Below are positions 46,082 through 55,228 of a stretch of 64,000 bases of DNA, one piece after another. The notes beneath the pieces were generated by a model. The model saw nothing but the letters and a program-made list of their open reading frames with translations, did not search any database and was not told the DNA's origin. Position 1 is the stretch's first letter; every line of letters starts with the position of its first letter. The DNA lies in contig MHFR01000008.1 in assembly GCA_001804285.1 (NCBI GenBank), forward strand, positions 2,740 to 66,739, given 5' to 3'. Both the position numbers and the translations under genes were made by a program. The stretch is from Candidatus Danuiimicrobium aquiferis (lineage in GTDB: Bacteria > Omnitrophota > Omnitrophia > Omnitrophales > Danuiimicrobiaceae).

Positions 46082-46198
46082 CTGCCTATCAAAACCGTCC
46101 TATTCGCTAAAAGAATTCCCCTTGCATGACCTCCTATAAATTATTGTTTCTAATCTGGTTTTATTAAGGGGTTGATTAGTTTTGAAAACTGTTTAAAA

Positions 46199-46227
46199 AG
46201 TATACCATTAAATCACCTAATAAGCAA
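46199..46227 (-). promoter_or_regulatory. Sigma70-type promoter upstream of the giant ORF
   Basis: TTGCTT-N17-TATACT with TG extension on the minus strand. Confidence 0.6.
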
Positions 46228-46298
46228 ATCCCGCTGAAAATTTTTTGTTTTCATAAGTCGCTCAAATTAAAAGAGTTAGGAGTTGAAAGCAATCAATT

Positions 46299-47345
46299 CT
46301 ATATGGGATTGATTTCAAGGTGCTTTTCGGGAGTGATGGAAATTGACAATTCCCGTCCATCCCGCTTAATCAAAAAAGATCTCGGGGTACCAGGAACAAC
46401 CTTATCCGCATTTTGATAATAAGTAAGCCAACTCATTAAAGGTCTTCCCTCCTCAGATACCAGAATATCACCGACTCTGAGTCCGGCAACTTCTGCAGGA
46501 CCTTTTGGCAAAACCTCAGTCACCAAGAATGCGTTTTCAATCTTGCCATAGTCAGCTTTAAACCCGAAATAAGGGGTATCGGAAGGAAAATAAAATGCGT
46601 TAATGTCTAAATCAATGACATTTTTTTTCCTCTCAAGAGAGAACTTCACTTTTCGCGTAGAATTAATTCCGGCCAAGGTTTTGAAGAAATTATGGACATC
46701 AACGTCCACTCCATCTAATTTTAAAACAATATCACCATTCCGGAAGCCTTGCTCCGCCCCGAGGCCGCCGTCATCGACATTGGCTATATAATATTTAAAT
46801 GTTGTTTCGTCTAAATAAAAATCACAGCCAACCACAATATGGGATAAATTCGGATATTTTCTTTGAACCAATAGTGCGCTAACTAATCCGCCCAAACGAT
46901 TTTCAAATACACCTTTCGAACTATCATGCCATCCCTTCTTGACGAGATAACTTCTTCTTGCACGTTGAAAATCAGGAACTATCATCAGCTGGCTGAGATC
47001 TTCCGATTTCCGACTGACCTTAATCAATAGCGTGCAGAAACCCGAAAGTGCCCAACTAGATGTTTTGGCCCATGCGCGATACTCACTACTACGAACCGGA
47101 AATTCCATAGACGTGATGGCTCCTGTTTGTTGATCGCTTGTTTGAACAGGAATAAAATCGTTTTTCAGAATTTCGTCAATCACACCCCATAACTCGTCAT
47201 ACGTTGCCGGATAGGTAAATGTTTTCGATGACAAAGGTCCGCGCTTGAACGGATTGCTTAACGCAGATACTTCGGGGGACAATAGACATAAAAAAAGCAA
47301 GCTGCCCACCAAAATGGACAACTTGCTTTTTTTAAACATTTTCAT
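46299..47345 (-). CDS. Exported protein with two PDZ domains
   Basis: Signal peptide; GAEQGFRNGDIVLKLDG and VLPKGPAEVAGLRVGDILVS. Confidence 0.8.
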   Translation of the reverse strand: MKMFKKSKLSILVGSLLFLCLLSPEVSALSNPFKRGPLSSKTFTYPATYDELWGVIDEILKNDFIPVQTSDQQTGAITSMEFPVRSSEYRAWAKTSSWALSGFCTLLIKVSRKSEDLSQLMIVPDFQRARRSYLVKKGWHDSSKGVFENRLGGLVSALLVQRKYPNLSHIVVGCDFYLDETTFKYYIANVDDGGLGAEQGFRNGDIVLKLDGVDVDVHNFFKTLAGINSTRKVKFSLERKKNVIDLDINAFYFPSDTPYFGFKADYGKIENAFLVTEVLPKGPAEVAGLRVGDILVSEEGRPLMSWLTYYQNADKVVPGTPRSFLIKRDGRELSISITPEKHLEINPI

Positions 47346-47363
47346 CTACAACTAACCGACGCC

Positions 47364-47729
47364 TTAACGAGCACCAGTCCCCTTTGCTGAAACTCCCGAT
47401 CCGTTACCTGCTCTCATGTAAGCATCCGTTGCGCTCCACAAATGATTTGCCGCCAAAATACTAACGCCAACCGCCCAAACCAATGGTGAGCCAACTGTTC
47501 CGCCAAGAACGGCCGTTGCTACAATGCCACCAATTTCAATAATGATCATGGCTGCCATCTTGATCTTTCCGCCTTTGGTAGCCTGATCATCATTCAGGTA
47601 CTGCCCAAGTCCCGGCACTAACAATGAGGCTCCGCCACTCTTAAGCGGAGCAGCATCAGCATACGCTTGCCCGACAGGACCGGCAATCAAAACGAAAAGC
47701 AATAATACTGCTAAAATTCTCTGAAACAT
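47364..47729 (-). CDS. Small exported/membrane protein
   Basis: ATG 47729 behind GGAGG; signal peptide; SLLVPGLGQYL motif; two TM segments. Confidence 0.7.
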   Translation of the reverse strand: MFQRILAVLLLFVLIAGPVGQAYADAAPLKSGGASLLVPGLGQYLNDDQATKGGKIKMAAMIIIEIGGIVATAVLGGTVGSPLVWAVGVSILAANHLWSATDAYMRAGNGSGVSAKGTGAR

Positions 47730-47912
47730 GTTCTTCCTCCCTTTAATTGAATTCACATCAATGCACGATTTTTTTATGTCTTCGGCATAATTCCGAAAAT
47801 CTATATAAAAGAAACTTGCATTATTCATATAAGCTATTATTTATTTTTTATTATACTAAAAAAATGAAGAAAAGCAATTTTTTGATAAAAAGGGTGAATT
47901 CTAAAACCCGGG

Positions 47913-48662
47913 CTAAACGCAAATTGGAAATGTTAGCCCAAAACACGTTCCCTTCCCGGGAAATGTCTCGGCATAAATCGTTCCTCCGTTTTGTTCAACC
48001 AGCGACCGGGTCAAATAGAGTCCAAGCCCATTTGCATTCGAATAAATGGCCGTTTTCGTCGTAAAAAACGGATCAAAAATGTAATGCAAAAAATGCGGCT
48101 CAATTCCCGGCCCCGTATCCACCAGATGAATCATTGCCGTCCGTTCCTCGGGTCCCATCAGACGATCCCGGTAAATACAGCTGACATAGGCACGAAGGAT
48201 TACTTTCCGATCCGCGGTTTGGGCCGCTTCCATGGCCTGCAATGCATTTTCCGATAAATAAAATAGAATCTCCCGGAGATGCTCGCCATGAGAAATAATC
48301 AGCGGAAAATCATCCGGTACCCGGTTTAGAAATTCGACGCCGTTCGAAATTTCAGTTTCTTTTAGCTGTTCGATTACCTCCTCAAATGTTTTTTGCAGAC
48401 TGACCTTGCGTTCTATCTTTACCGGAAACTGCGTCGTGGAATAGGGCGATTCCCGCTCCCTTATTCCGGGATTCCGCAATCGCTCGATAATTCCGATCGC
48501 CCGCTCTGAATGAATTTTGATTTTTTCAGCCCATTCGTGAGACAGTATCCCGGCATTCGCCACGCCTCTATCGCGAACTCTCGTCAAATTCTCCAAATGA
48601 ACTTCTGCCATCCCCTTGATCGCATAAAGCGAACCAACAAGATCATGATTTAAGTGCTTCAT
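47913..48662 (-). CDS. Sensor-less histidine kinase (HisKA + HATPase_c)
   Basis: NHDL, ENALQAM, DTGPGI, FDPFFTTK, GLGLY. Confidence 0.8.
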   Translation of the reverse strand: MKHLNHDLVGSLYAIKGMAEVHLENLTRVRDRGVANAGILSHEWAEKIKIHSERAIGIIERLRNPGIRERESPYSTTQFPVKIERKVSLQKTFEEVIEQLKETEISNGVEFLNRVPDDFPLIISHGEHLREILFYLSENALQAMEAAQTADRKVILRAYVSCIYRDRLMGPEERTAMIHLVDTGPGIEPHFLHYIFDPFFTTKTAIYSNANGLGLYLTRSLVEQNGGTIYAETFPGKGTCFGLTFPICV

Positions 48663-48750
48663 GGTTTGAGAAAACTCCTTCGGTTCTTAAATTTTCAATT
48701 AATTTTTGGTGTCTATTTAGCGTTCTGAAGTGGCGAACACGCCAGGTTCG

Positions 48751-48801
48751 TGTCATGCCCGCATGCTTAAGGCGGGCATCCACAGTTTCTGGATCCCCGC
48801 C
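48751..48801. repeat. GTCATGCCCGC..GCGGGCATCCA REP
   Basis: Palindrome followed by partial inverse ctggatccccgcc. Confidence 0.6.
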
Positions 48802-49033
48802 CTTCATGTCTGTCACACCTTTTCTATTGGATTTTTTTATTTCCAGTTTTTGTAACTTTGCAAGTCTATAAGTTTTCATTTTATCACCTTACCCCCTCTT
48901 CCCTGTAATGCTTTATATAACGATACATACCTGATATATTTAAAAAGATCAAGCCGACAAACATGGGTTTTTTTATTAATATAATATGGAATTATTGAAA
49001 TCCTTATTAAACCCGTGTATACTTACGGGTTAG

Positions 49034-50386
49034 GTGCTTAAACGGCCTGAAAGGGCACGGATCATGTACGAAAAAATCTTGAAGCATTTCAAGGCGGCTT
49101 ACCCGGGATTCCCTGCAAAGCCTTCCATTAATCTTGGCCTTGGAATCAAGCAAATCCGCCTTCGGATGGGCATGACGCAAGACGAGCTTGCGGGGCAGGC
49201 GAAGATGAAACCCACCGCGCTCAAGACCCTTGAAAACGGCTATGCCCAATTCACAAAAGCCTCCAATTTGGAGCGGCTGGCGTCCGCTCTGCACACCAAG
49301 ATTTGTGACATCGTCAATGAAGCACGAGAATGGTTTGCATCTAATTTCTTTGTCTTAAAACTTGAAGATCCCGAGCAACCATCACCGCGTCAACGCAAAT
49401 GGCGGGCGGAAAAATGGTTTAAGGCCAAGTGGCATTCATTTGACGGCTTCGATGCCTGCCTCTTAACGTCTCCGGCAGAAGGTCCGGCGCATTTTCACTT
49501 TGCCGCAATTGATATCCATCCCGGCCACGCGCTTAAACATTTGCATCGCAAATCTCATACGCTTACGCAAATCGCCGGTTTTGTCGAACGCGGTTCTTTA
49601 AAAATCATTTATACCGGCAAAGAAGCGAGCACCCTTTCCGGCAATCAGGGATTTATCCTCCGGGGTGACAAAACGCACCAATTCATCAACGAAGACCATG
49701 ACAACAAATTGCGGATCTATTTGGCGTTCTTGTTCCCGTTGCAAAAATCAATAAAGAAAAAACCCCGAAAGAATCTTTCGCGGGAATCCTTCTCCGTCGG
49801 GCGCGCCATTGAATCGCTTCGGCTACTTTATTCCGATTCGCCTGCCCGGCCGCTTTCATTTTCCCGTCTCGCCGAACTCACGGGCCTTGATGCGAAAAGC
49901 CTGAAATACCTCAGCAAAACCAATCATCCGGGACAAGTCGTTTACTGGGATAAGATCGAAGTCATCACCCATGCACTCCATATTCCGATTTCACGTTTTA
50001 TCGAACTTGCAGAAGGAAAAGATGATGGCTATATCAAAATCGCGACAGCGCACGACCGCGCTCTGATTGATTACCGGCATTATTTAGGCGTCCGGATCAA
50101 ATCCATTTTATTTCCGTCCTCCTCAAATCAATTTCATTTTTCAGAATTATATATCGAACCCAGGGGCGGAATTCGGCGCGCAAGCTGGCGTCGAACGGAC
50201 AACGCCATGATGCTTGCTTATGTGGAAGACGGAGAATTACTGGTTGAGGTGGGGAAAAACCGGAAAACTTTACTGTCCGCGGGCGAAAGCGTTTATTTTG
50301 ACGGAAGTTTGGGCTACATTTTCACCAACTCCGGCGCTAAACCCACAAAAATTTTATTCGTCACTCATCCCGCGATTATATTTTAA
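49034..50386 (+). CDS. Tandem (XRE-HTH + cupin) x2 regulator
   Basis: IKQIRLRMGMTQDELA..LENG, cupin GSL..GDKTHQFIN; second HTH LSFSRLAELTGL; cupin YVEDGEL..LSAGESVYFD. Confidence 0.85.
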   Translation: MLKRPERARIMYEKILKHFKAAYPGFPAKPSINLGLGIKQIRLRMGMTQDELAGQAKMKPTALKTLENGYAQFTKASNLERLASALHTKICDIVNEAREWFASNFFVLKLEDPEQPSPRQRKWRAEKWFKAKWHSFDGFDACLLTSPAEGPAHFHFAAIDIHPGHALKHLHRKSHTLTQIAGFVERGSLKIIYTGKEASTLSGNQGFILRGDKTHQFINEDHDNKLRIYLAFLFPLQKSIKKKPRKNLSRESFSVGRAIESLRLLYSDSPARPLSFSRLAELTGLDAKSLKYLSKTNHPGQVVYWDKIEVITHALHIPISRFIELAEGKDDGYIKIATAHDRALIDYRHYLGVRIKSILFPSSSNQFHFSELYIEPRGGIRRASWRRTDNAMMLAYVEDGELLVEVGKNRKTLLSAGESVYFDGSLGYIFTNSGAKPTKILFVTHPAIIF

Positions 50387-50470
50387 AACAAAAGCCCCTC
50401 ACCCCTGCCCTCTCCCTCAGGGAGAAAAAGGGGACAGGCAATTGTTCAACTTGAGTCATATGCCTGTCCC

Positions 50471-50659
50471 GAATGGCACTGACTTAAGGAAATATACAGC
50501 GTTTTTTCTGGATTCCCGCTTTCGCGGGAATGACAAGAAAAGTGACGGAATATCTTTTGCCTAATAAAGTTACATTATATGTCATCCCCGCGAAAGCGGG
50601 GATCCAGCGGTAGGAATTAGCTGAAAAAGTTGTTAAGTCTTGTTAAGTCAGTGCCATTC
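50471..50659. mobile_element. 189-bp MITE with IS4-like terminal inverted repeats
   Basis: Perfect 17-bp TIR gaatggcactgacttaa/ttaagtcagtgccattc; flanking direct repeat (a/t)tgcctgtccc; internal dRS3-like pair. Confidence 0.75.
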
Positions 50660-50678
50660 TTGCCTGTCCCCTTTTTTA

Positions 50679-51497
50679 CTAACCGATCAATTTCCGCTCC
50701 AACGCGATTTTTTCCACGAGATCCATCACGTCAGCCATATAAAATGGCTTGGAAATGAAATCCTTACATCCGATTTTATGAAATTCGGCCTCAACATCTT
50801 CTGGTAAATCATTAGCAGACATCGGGATCATATAGGGAGGATTGGGCAGTTTGCTCAGCGCAAGAATCAGCTCGTTCCCCTGAATCCTTCCGCCCAATTT
50901 CATATCCACGAGTAAAATATCGACAGGCTCCGTTTTAAGCGCCTCGAAAGCCATGACACCGTTTGAAAAACACCTCACCTGATAATTCCGCCTTCCGAAT
51001 ATATCCTCAAGAACATCAAGGATATCCGGTTCGTCCTCGACAAATCCAATCACGCACCGGTTCTTCTCATAAATCTTGTCCTCGATTCGAACGCCTTGGC
51101 ACACAATCGACTGCCCAAGCTTTCGCTTAATCACGTTTTCCATTTCTTCAAACCGGAACGGTTTCGTCACCACGTCATTCGTCGAAATCCCGTGCCGTTT
51201 AAGTTCATCGATATATCTCGGAAGGTATCCCGTCATAATCATCGTGGGGGGAAGCGCAAGGCCGGCTTCAATAATTCTATCGAGCACCGCAATTCCGTCT
51301 AATTTTCGCATTTTCAAATCCAGCAGCATCAGTCTGACTGAAAAATTCCGCAGCTTATCGATCACCGTCGTCGGGTCCGCTGTCGCAATCGTCTCACAAT
51401 TCAATTTTTCGAAATGATCCTGCAACAACTCAATAATTTCGCGCTCATCATCAACAATCAAAATCAGCGGCCGTGGTTCAGGTTCAGTCATTGGCAT
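50679..51497 (-). CDS. Double receiver-domain response regulator
   Basis: ILIVDDE..LLDLKM..TKPF and FVEDE..LVDMKL..SKPF. Confidence 0.9.
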   Translation of the reverse strand: MPMTEPEPRPLILIVDDEREIIELLQDHFEKLNCETIATADPTTVIDKLRNFSVRLMLLDLKMRKLDGIAVLDRIIEAGLALPPTMIMTGYLPRYIDELKRHGISTNDVVTKPFRFEEMENVIKRKLGQSIVCQGVRIEDKIYEKNRCVIGFVEDEPDILDVLEDIFGRRNYQVRCFSNGVMAFEALKTEPVDILLVDMKLGGRIQGNELILALSKLPNPPYMIPMSANDLPEDVEAEFHKIGCKDFISKPFYMADVMDLVEKIALERKLIG

Positions 51498-51510
51498 GTC
51501 GTTCTTAAGA

Positions 51511-51560
51511 AAAGGGGACAGGCATATGACTCACAAGCAAGCAATTGCCTGTCCCCTTTT
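51511..51560. repeat. AAGGGGACAGGC..GCCTGTCCCCTT palindrome, inverted near-copy of 50426-50470
   Basis: Shared gacaggcatatgactca and caattgcctgtcccc; the two copies flank the double-receiver gene. Confidence 0.7.
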
Positions 51561-51608
51561 CTTCGTTTATTATTCGTCATTCGGATTTCGTCATTGCTCA
51601 TTTTACTA

Positions 51609-51998
51609 TCAATCGCCTGTCCCCTTTTCTTCACTTCCCAACAACGTCCCCACCTTCTTTAAAAACACTTCCGTGCGAAGATCAATCGGTTTTTCCAAGT
51701 AATCAATCACTCCGAATTTTTCAGCCTGCTGCTTCATGCCCATATCCACATATCCGGACATCGCCACAATTTTCATTTTTGGCCGCCGCTCACTTACTTT
51801 TTGGATCACATCCAGGCCGGTCATCGTTGTGGAAAGCTTCAAATCGACGATCATCAATTTGAAATCATGTTCATCGACAAGGCGAACCGCTTCTTCACCC
51901 GTGACCACAAACTTTCCCTTGAGATGAATCTGCTCAAGCACCTGGCACAGAAAATCCCCGATATCTTCTTCGTCATCAACAATAAGAACGTCGTACAT
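51609..51998 (-). CDS. Single-domain response regulator
   Basis: VLIVDDE, IVDLKL, AMSGY, LEKP. Confidence 0.92.
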   Translation of the reverse strand: MYDVLIVDDEEDIGDFLCQVLEQIHLKGKFVVTGEEAVRLVDEHDFKLMIVDLKLSTTMTGLDVIQKVSERRPKMKIVAMSGYVDMGMKQQAEKFGVIDYLEKPIDLRTEVFLKKVGTLLGSEEKGTGD

Positions 51999-52016
51999 GG
52001 ATTACCTTTCTAAAGG

Positions 52017-52130
52017 GCGCAAGTCACAAGCGCACAAGATCACAAGTAAAACCCCCGGTACCGTTGCCGTTGTGAAATATTTTCCTTGTGCGCTTATGCT
52101 CCTGTGCACTTCTGCTCTTTTGCACTTTTC
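52017..52130. repeat. Octamer (GCACAAGN) tandem and inverted intergenic repeat; also 58072-58140 and 59886-59944
   Basis: gtcacaag cgcacaag atcacaag ... cttgtgcg cttatgct cctgtgca. Confidence 0.6.
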
Positions 52131-52138
52131 ACCATGGC

Positions 52139-54535
52139 TCACATCCCGCCTTCCGCCAGCGGGAGTTTAATCACGAATGTCGTTCCTTTTCCAACCTCAC
52201 TTTTCACGCCGATCGAACCCTTGTGGATCGATTCGACAATATGCTTTGTCACGAACAGTCCCTGCCCCTGTCCGGCCGCGCCGATACTATCGTCTTTCCT
52301 TGTTTTCGTCGAAAAACCCTGAAGCCAAATCTTCGCCGCCACTTCGGGCGGCATCCCGGGGCCGTTATCCGAAAACTCAATTTTTGCCATTTTGGGGTCA
52401 TCCTTGTCAAAACTTCCGTGGATTTCAATCACGCGCCGGCTTTGTCCATGCATCGCTTCGTAAGCGTTCTTTATCAGATTAACGAACACCTGAATCAGTT
52501 GCTCCAAATTCCCCATAATCACCACATTGGACGTGATGTGTTCCTGCAGTTCACAGCCCGCCAGATTTTCTTCATACGTTGAAAACCGGGCCGCCTCTAT
52601 GGCTTCCCGGCAAAGCACAATCAGACTCAAGGGCCCGATTTCACCGCGTGTATCTTTCAATATGTTCGTCAGCGTCCGCACAGCAATTTCAATGCGCTCA
52701 CCCGAACGCACAATCCGGCGGAGATAATCATCACTTTTAGTGATTAACTTCTCAAATTCTGCCACATCTTGACTGTCTATCCGTTCGGCATTTCGATTAA
52801 AAATCTCGCGGTATTTATTGAGTTCATACTTAATGAGCTGTTCACCGCGCCCGAGAATGGTTGAGAGCGGATTATTGACTTCATGCCCGATCGCCTTTGC
52901 CATTCCCACCATCGTCGCGCTTTTTTCTGCAACAATCAAAGATGCTTGCGTAATCTGAAGTTTTTTATTCGCCGATTCGGTTTCCTCAAGCGCTTGAATC
53001 AGGCCATGCTGGGCCCGCTCGAGTTCACGGTTCATCAACGCAAGCTCTTTTTGCTTTTGAAGGGCTTCATCGTAAAGCCGCGCATTTTCAAACGCAATAG
53101 ACGATTCCTGCGCAAGCGTAAAAAACACATCCAATTCTTCATCGGAATACGGCTCGTCGGACTTCTGCGGCCCAAGAAATAAAATTCCGCGCAAGTGGGA
53201 AACCCCTTTTCCGGCTTTCTCGTGAGATTGTTCTCCATTTTGCCGGTGAGCTTCGCCTCCGAAACACGGCACAGCCGCCTCCGCTTTGAGCGCCGTAAAA
53301 AGATCGAATATCCGATCCATCTCCTCTTTGATTTGAGAATCTTTTTCGGCCTTGCGCATCTCAATTAAATTCACTTTTTCTATCGGCCCGCGTTTTTGAT
53401 ACAGATAAACAATCAAGGGATGCGTAAACAGAATTTTTTTAAAATCGAAATCATGAATCGCCGGCCGGCTCGCTTCAAGCCTCAAACCCGTTTTGTCCCG
53501 CGCCGTGTAAACAAAAATACTCGCATTCGCAATCCGCGCCTTTTTGATCATGAACGACACAATCCGCATCGTCTGCTTCTTCAGCGAATCCACATGCGCC
53601 AAATACTCACTCGCCTCTTTCAGGAGCTGCCTATAATCCACCTTCTTTTGAAAAAGATACTGGTCTGTGAGATTTACCAGCAGCTTACGAACCGGATCAA
53701 ACAGCAGCATCGCAACGACTATACTTAGGACTCGAATACTATTCGGCCCCATCTTTAAATATTGCCCTGCAAAACTCTGCGCCAATGTCGTTACCATCGC
53801 AACCACACTCATCAACACCGCCAAAAGCCCGGCAAAGACAAGCGTCTTCTTGATGATGACTTCAATGTCCATCAGATGATGCCGAACAATCGCATAACCA
53901 ATGATAAAGCAATATATCGGAATAAAAAAGATGCCAAAGGGATAAATGTTCGGCAAAAAAGCAGGAAGAAACGTCGTTAGCCCTCCAATCACGCCAACAA
54001 AAGTAGCGATAAAAAAATAAGTAACCTGTAAACGTTTCAGGCCAATCGCGTTTAAAAAATACGAAAACAATAGAAAATATCCAATCAGAAATGGAACGCA
54101 AAAATAGATCATAAATAAAAAATAAAGTGGACCCGGCACCAGCCAATACTGAAACCCGGCTTTCAACTCGACACTTTTGATCACGTACGGCGTAAACAGA
54201 AGCGAAACAAACACGAAACCTGCCGCATAAAATGTTACTGTCAATCGCTTATGGTTTTTTGAGGCGGCTGCTTCGCAGAAAGAAATGACAAAATGTAAAA
54301 ATATGGGTGCTAATAATGCAGTCGAAATATTAATGAGCCTGATAAACGACAAACCGATCGTTTGAGTTTTCGAAAAAAATGATCCGATGAACCCAATACT
54401 GACAAAACCAACTAAAAAACAAAAAAAAGCCCACAATTTTTGAGGCAAAGAACTTTTGGGACGCGATATAATAAAAAAACCAAGAATAAAACTACCGATT
54501 AAACTAACAAACCAAGACGTGCAATAATAAACCAC
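52139..54535 (-). CDS. N-terminal 7TM (HisKA_7TM-type) + GAF-like sensor histidine kinase
   Basis: Multi-TM N-terminus, YAIVRHHLMDI, AFENARLY, GHEVNNPL, NLIKNA, DNGPGM, GQGL. Confidence 0.92.
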   Translation of the reverse strand: MVYYCTSWFVSLIGSFILGFFIISRPKSSLPQKLWAFFCFLVGFVSIGFIGSFFSKTQTIGLSFIRLINISTALLAPIFLHFVISFCEAAASKNHKRLTVTFYAAGFVFVSLLFTPYVIKSVELKAGFQYWLVPGPLYFLFMIYFCVPFLIGYFLLFSYFLNAIGLKRLQVTYFFIATFVGVIGGLTTFLPAFLPNIYPFGIFFIPIYCFIIGYAIVRHHLMDIEVIIKKTLVFAGLLAVLMSVVAMVTTLAQSFAGQYLKMGPNSIRVLSIVVAMLLFDPVRKLLVNLTDQYLFQKKVDYRQLLKEASEYLAHVDSLKKQTMRIVSFMIKKARIANASIFVYTARDKTGLRLEASRPAIHDFDFKKILFTHPLIVYLYQKRGPIEKVNLIEMRKAEKDSQIKEEMDRIFDLFTALKAEAAVPCFGGEAHRQNGEQSHEKAGKGVSHLRGILFLGPQKSDEPYSDEELDVFFTLAQESSIAFENARLYDEALQKQKELALMNRELERAQHGLIQALEETESANKKLQITQASLIVAEKSATMVGMAKAIGHEVNNPLSTILGRGEQLIKYELNKYREIFNRNAERIDSQDVAEFEKLITKSDDYLRRIVRSGERIEIAVRTLTNILKDTRGEIGPLSLIVLCREAIEAARFSTYEENLAGCELQEHITSNVVIMGNLEQLIQVFVNLIKNAYEAMHGQSRRVIEIHGSFDKDDPKMAKIEFSDNGPGMPPEVAAKIWLQGFSTKTRKDDSIGAAGQGQGLFVTKHIVESIHKGSIGVKSEVGKGTTFVIKLPLAEGGM

Positions 54536-54537
54536 GT

Positions 54538-55224
54538 TTATGATTCCTTTTTTCTTATTCGAGGAAAAACCATTCCCGTTGTCTTCCGGTATTTTTTATA
54601 TTGCTGCCCGAAAATTTTAATATTATTCAACTCCTCTACCCTGATCCTCATAAAATAGGCCGGAATTGTTAAAAATAAAAAATAGAGAATCGTCATGTAG
54701 GCATTGGCAATGAGAACAACTCCCAACAGCTCAAGCAATGTCGCTGTATAAATTGGATGCCTGATATACTGATACGGACCTAATGTAATTAAACGCTTAT
54801 GCTCGATCTTTTTTTTACCAATGGCGTGAATGGCCCATTGTTTCCCAAGCGCCGCCATGCCCCACCATCTTAGTCTAAACGCCGCGACATAGATAAGCAA
54901 TCCGGAACCGCTAATAGCTAAGTTGATACTTCTCCCTGTCAGATAAAACTCTGTCATGACCAAATAGAATAAGAACACATAAGCGAAAGTCACCAGCACC
55001 AGTGTCCCATCGTCAGAAATAACAAACGTATCTTTTTCTTTAGAGGTAAAAAAGGTTTCCCAAATTCTAAAGATCGAATGAAACAAAATAAAAAAACACA
55101 GCGCAAGACCATACGGCGTAGGACGGGATCGATAAAAAATAAAACAAATAACCGGAGCAATCAAAGACAACCCGATCAAAAAAGAAAGGATTAATTTTTT
55201 ATAACTTACAATAATATTTTGCAT
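54538..55224 (-). CDS. Isoprenylcysteine carboxyl methyltransferase (ICMT/PEMT) family membrane protein
   Basis: LITLGPYQYIRHPIY, RIRVEE, FGQQYKKY. Confidence 0.88.
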   Translation of the reverse strand: MQNIIVSYKKLILSFLIGLSLIAPVICFIFYRSRPTPYGLALCFFILFHSIFRIWETFFTSKEKDTFVISDDGTLVLVTFAYVFLFYLVMTEFYLTGRSINLAISGSGLLIYVAAFRLRWWGMAALGKQWAIHAIGKKKIEHKRLITLGPYQYIRHPIYTATLLELLGVVLIANAYMTILYFLFLTIPAYFMRIRVEELNNIKIFGQQYKKYRKTTGMVFPRIRKKES

Positions 55225-55228
55225 AACC

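Noticed and set aside
6851-46081. Giant ORF as an artefact of stop-codon reassignment or a fused operon
   Set aside because: Flanking genes end at TAA, TAG and TGA under the standard code; most modules begin at a delimiter rather than a start codon
46107-46135. Six-codon upstream ORF before the giant gene
   Set aside because: AGGAGGT is only 1 nt from the ATG, too close for initiation; no other support
48643-48879. 78-aa ORF as the missing sensor part of the downstream kinase
   Set aside because: It contains a REP, has no domain signal, and the kinase has its own AAGGAG; unresolved
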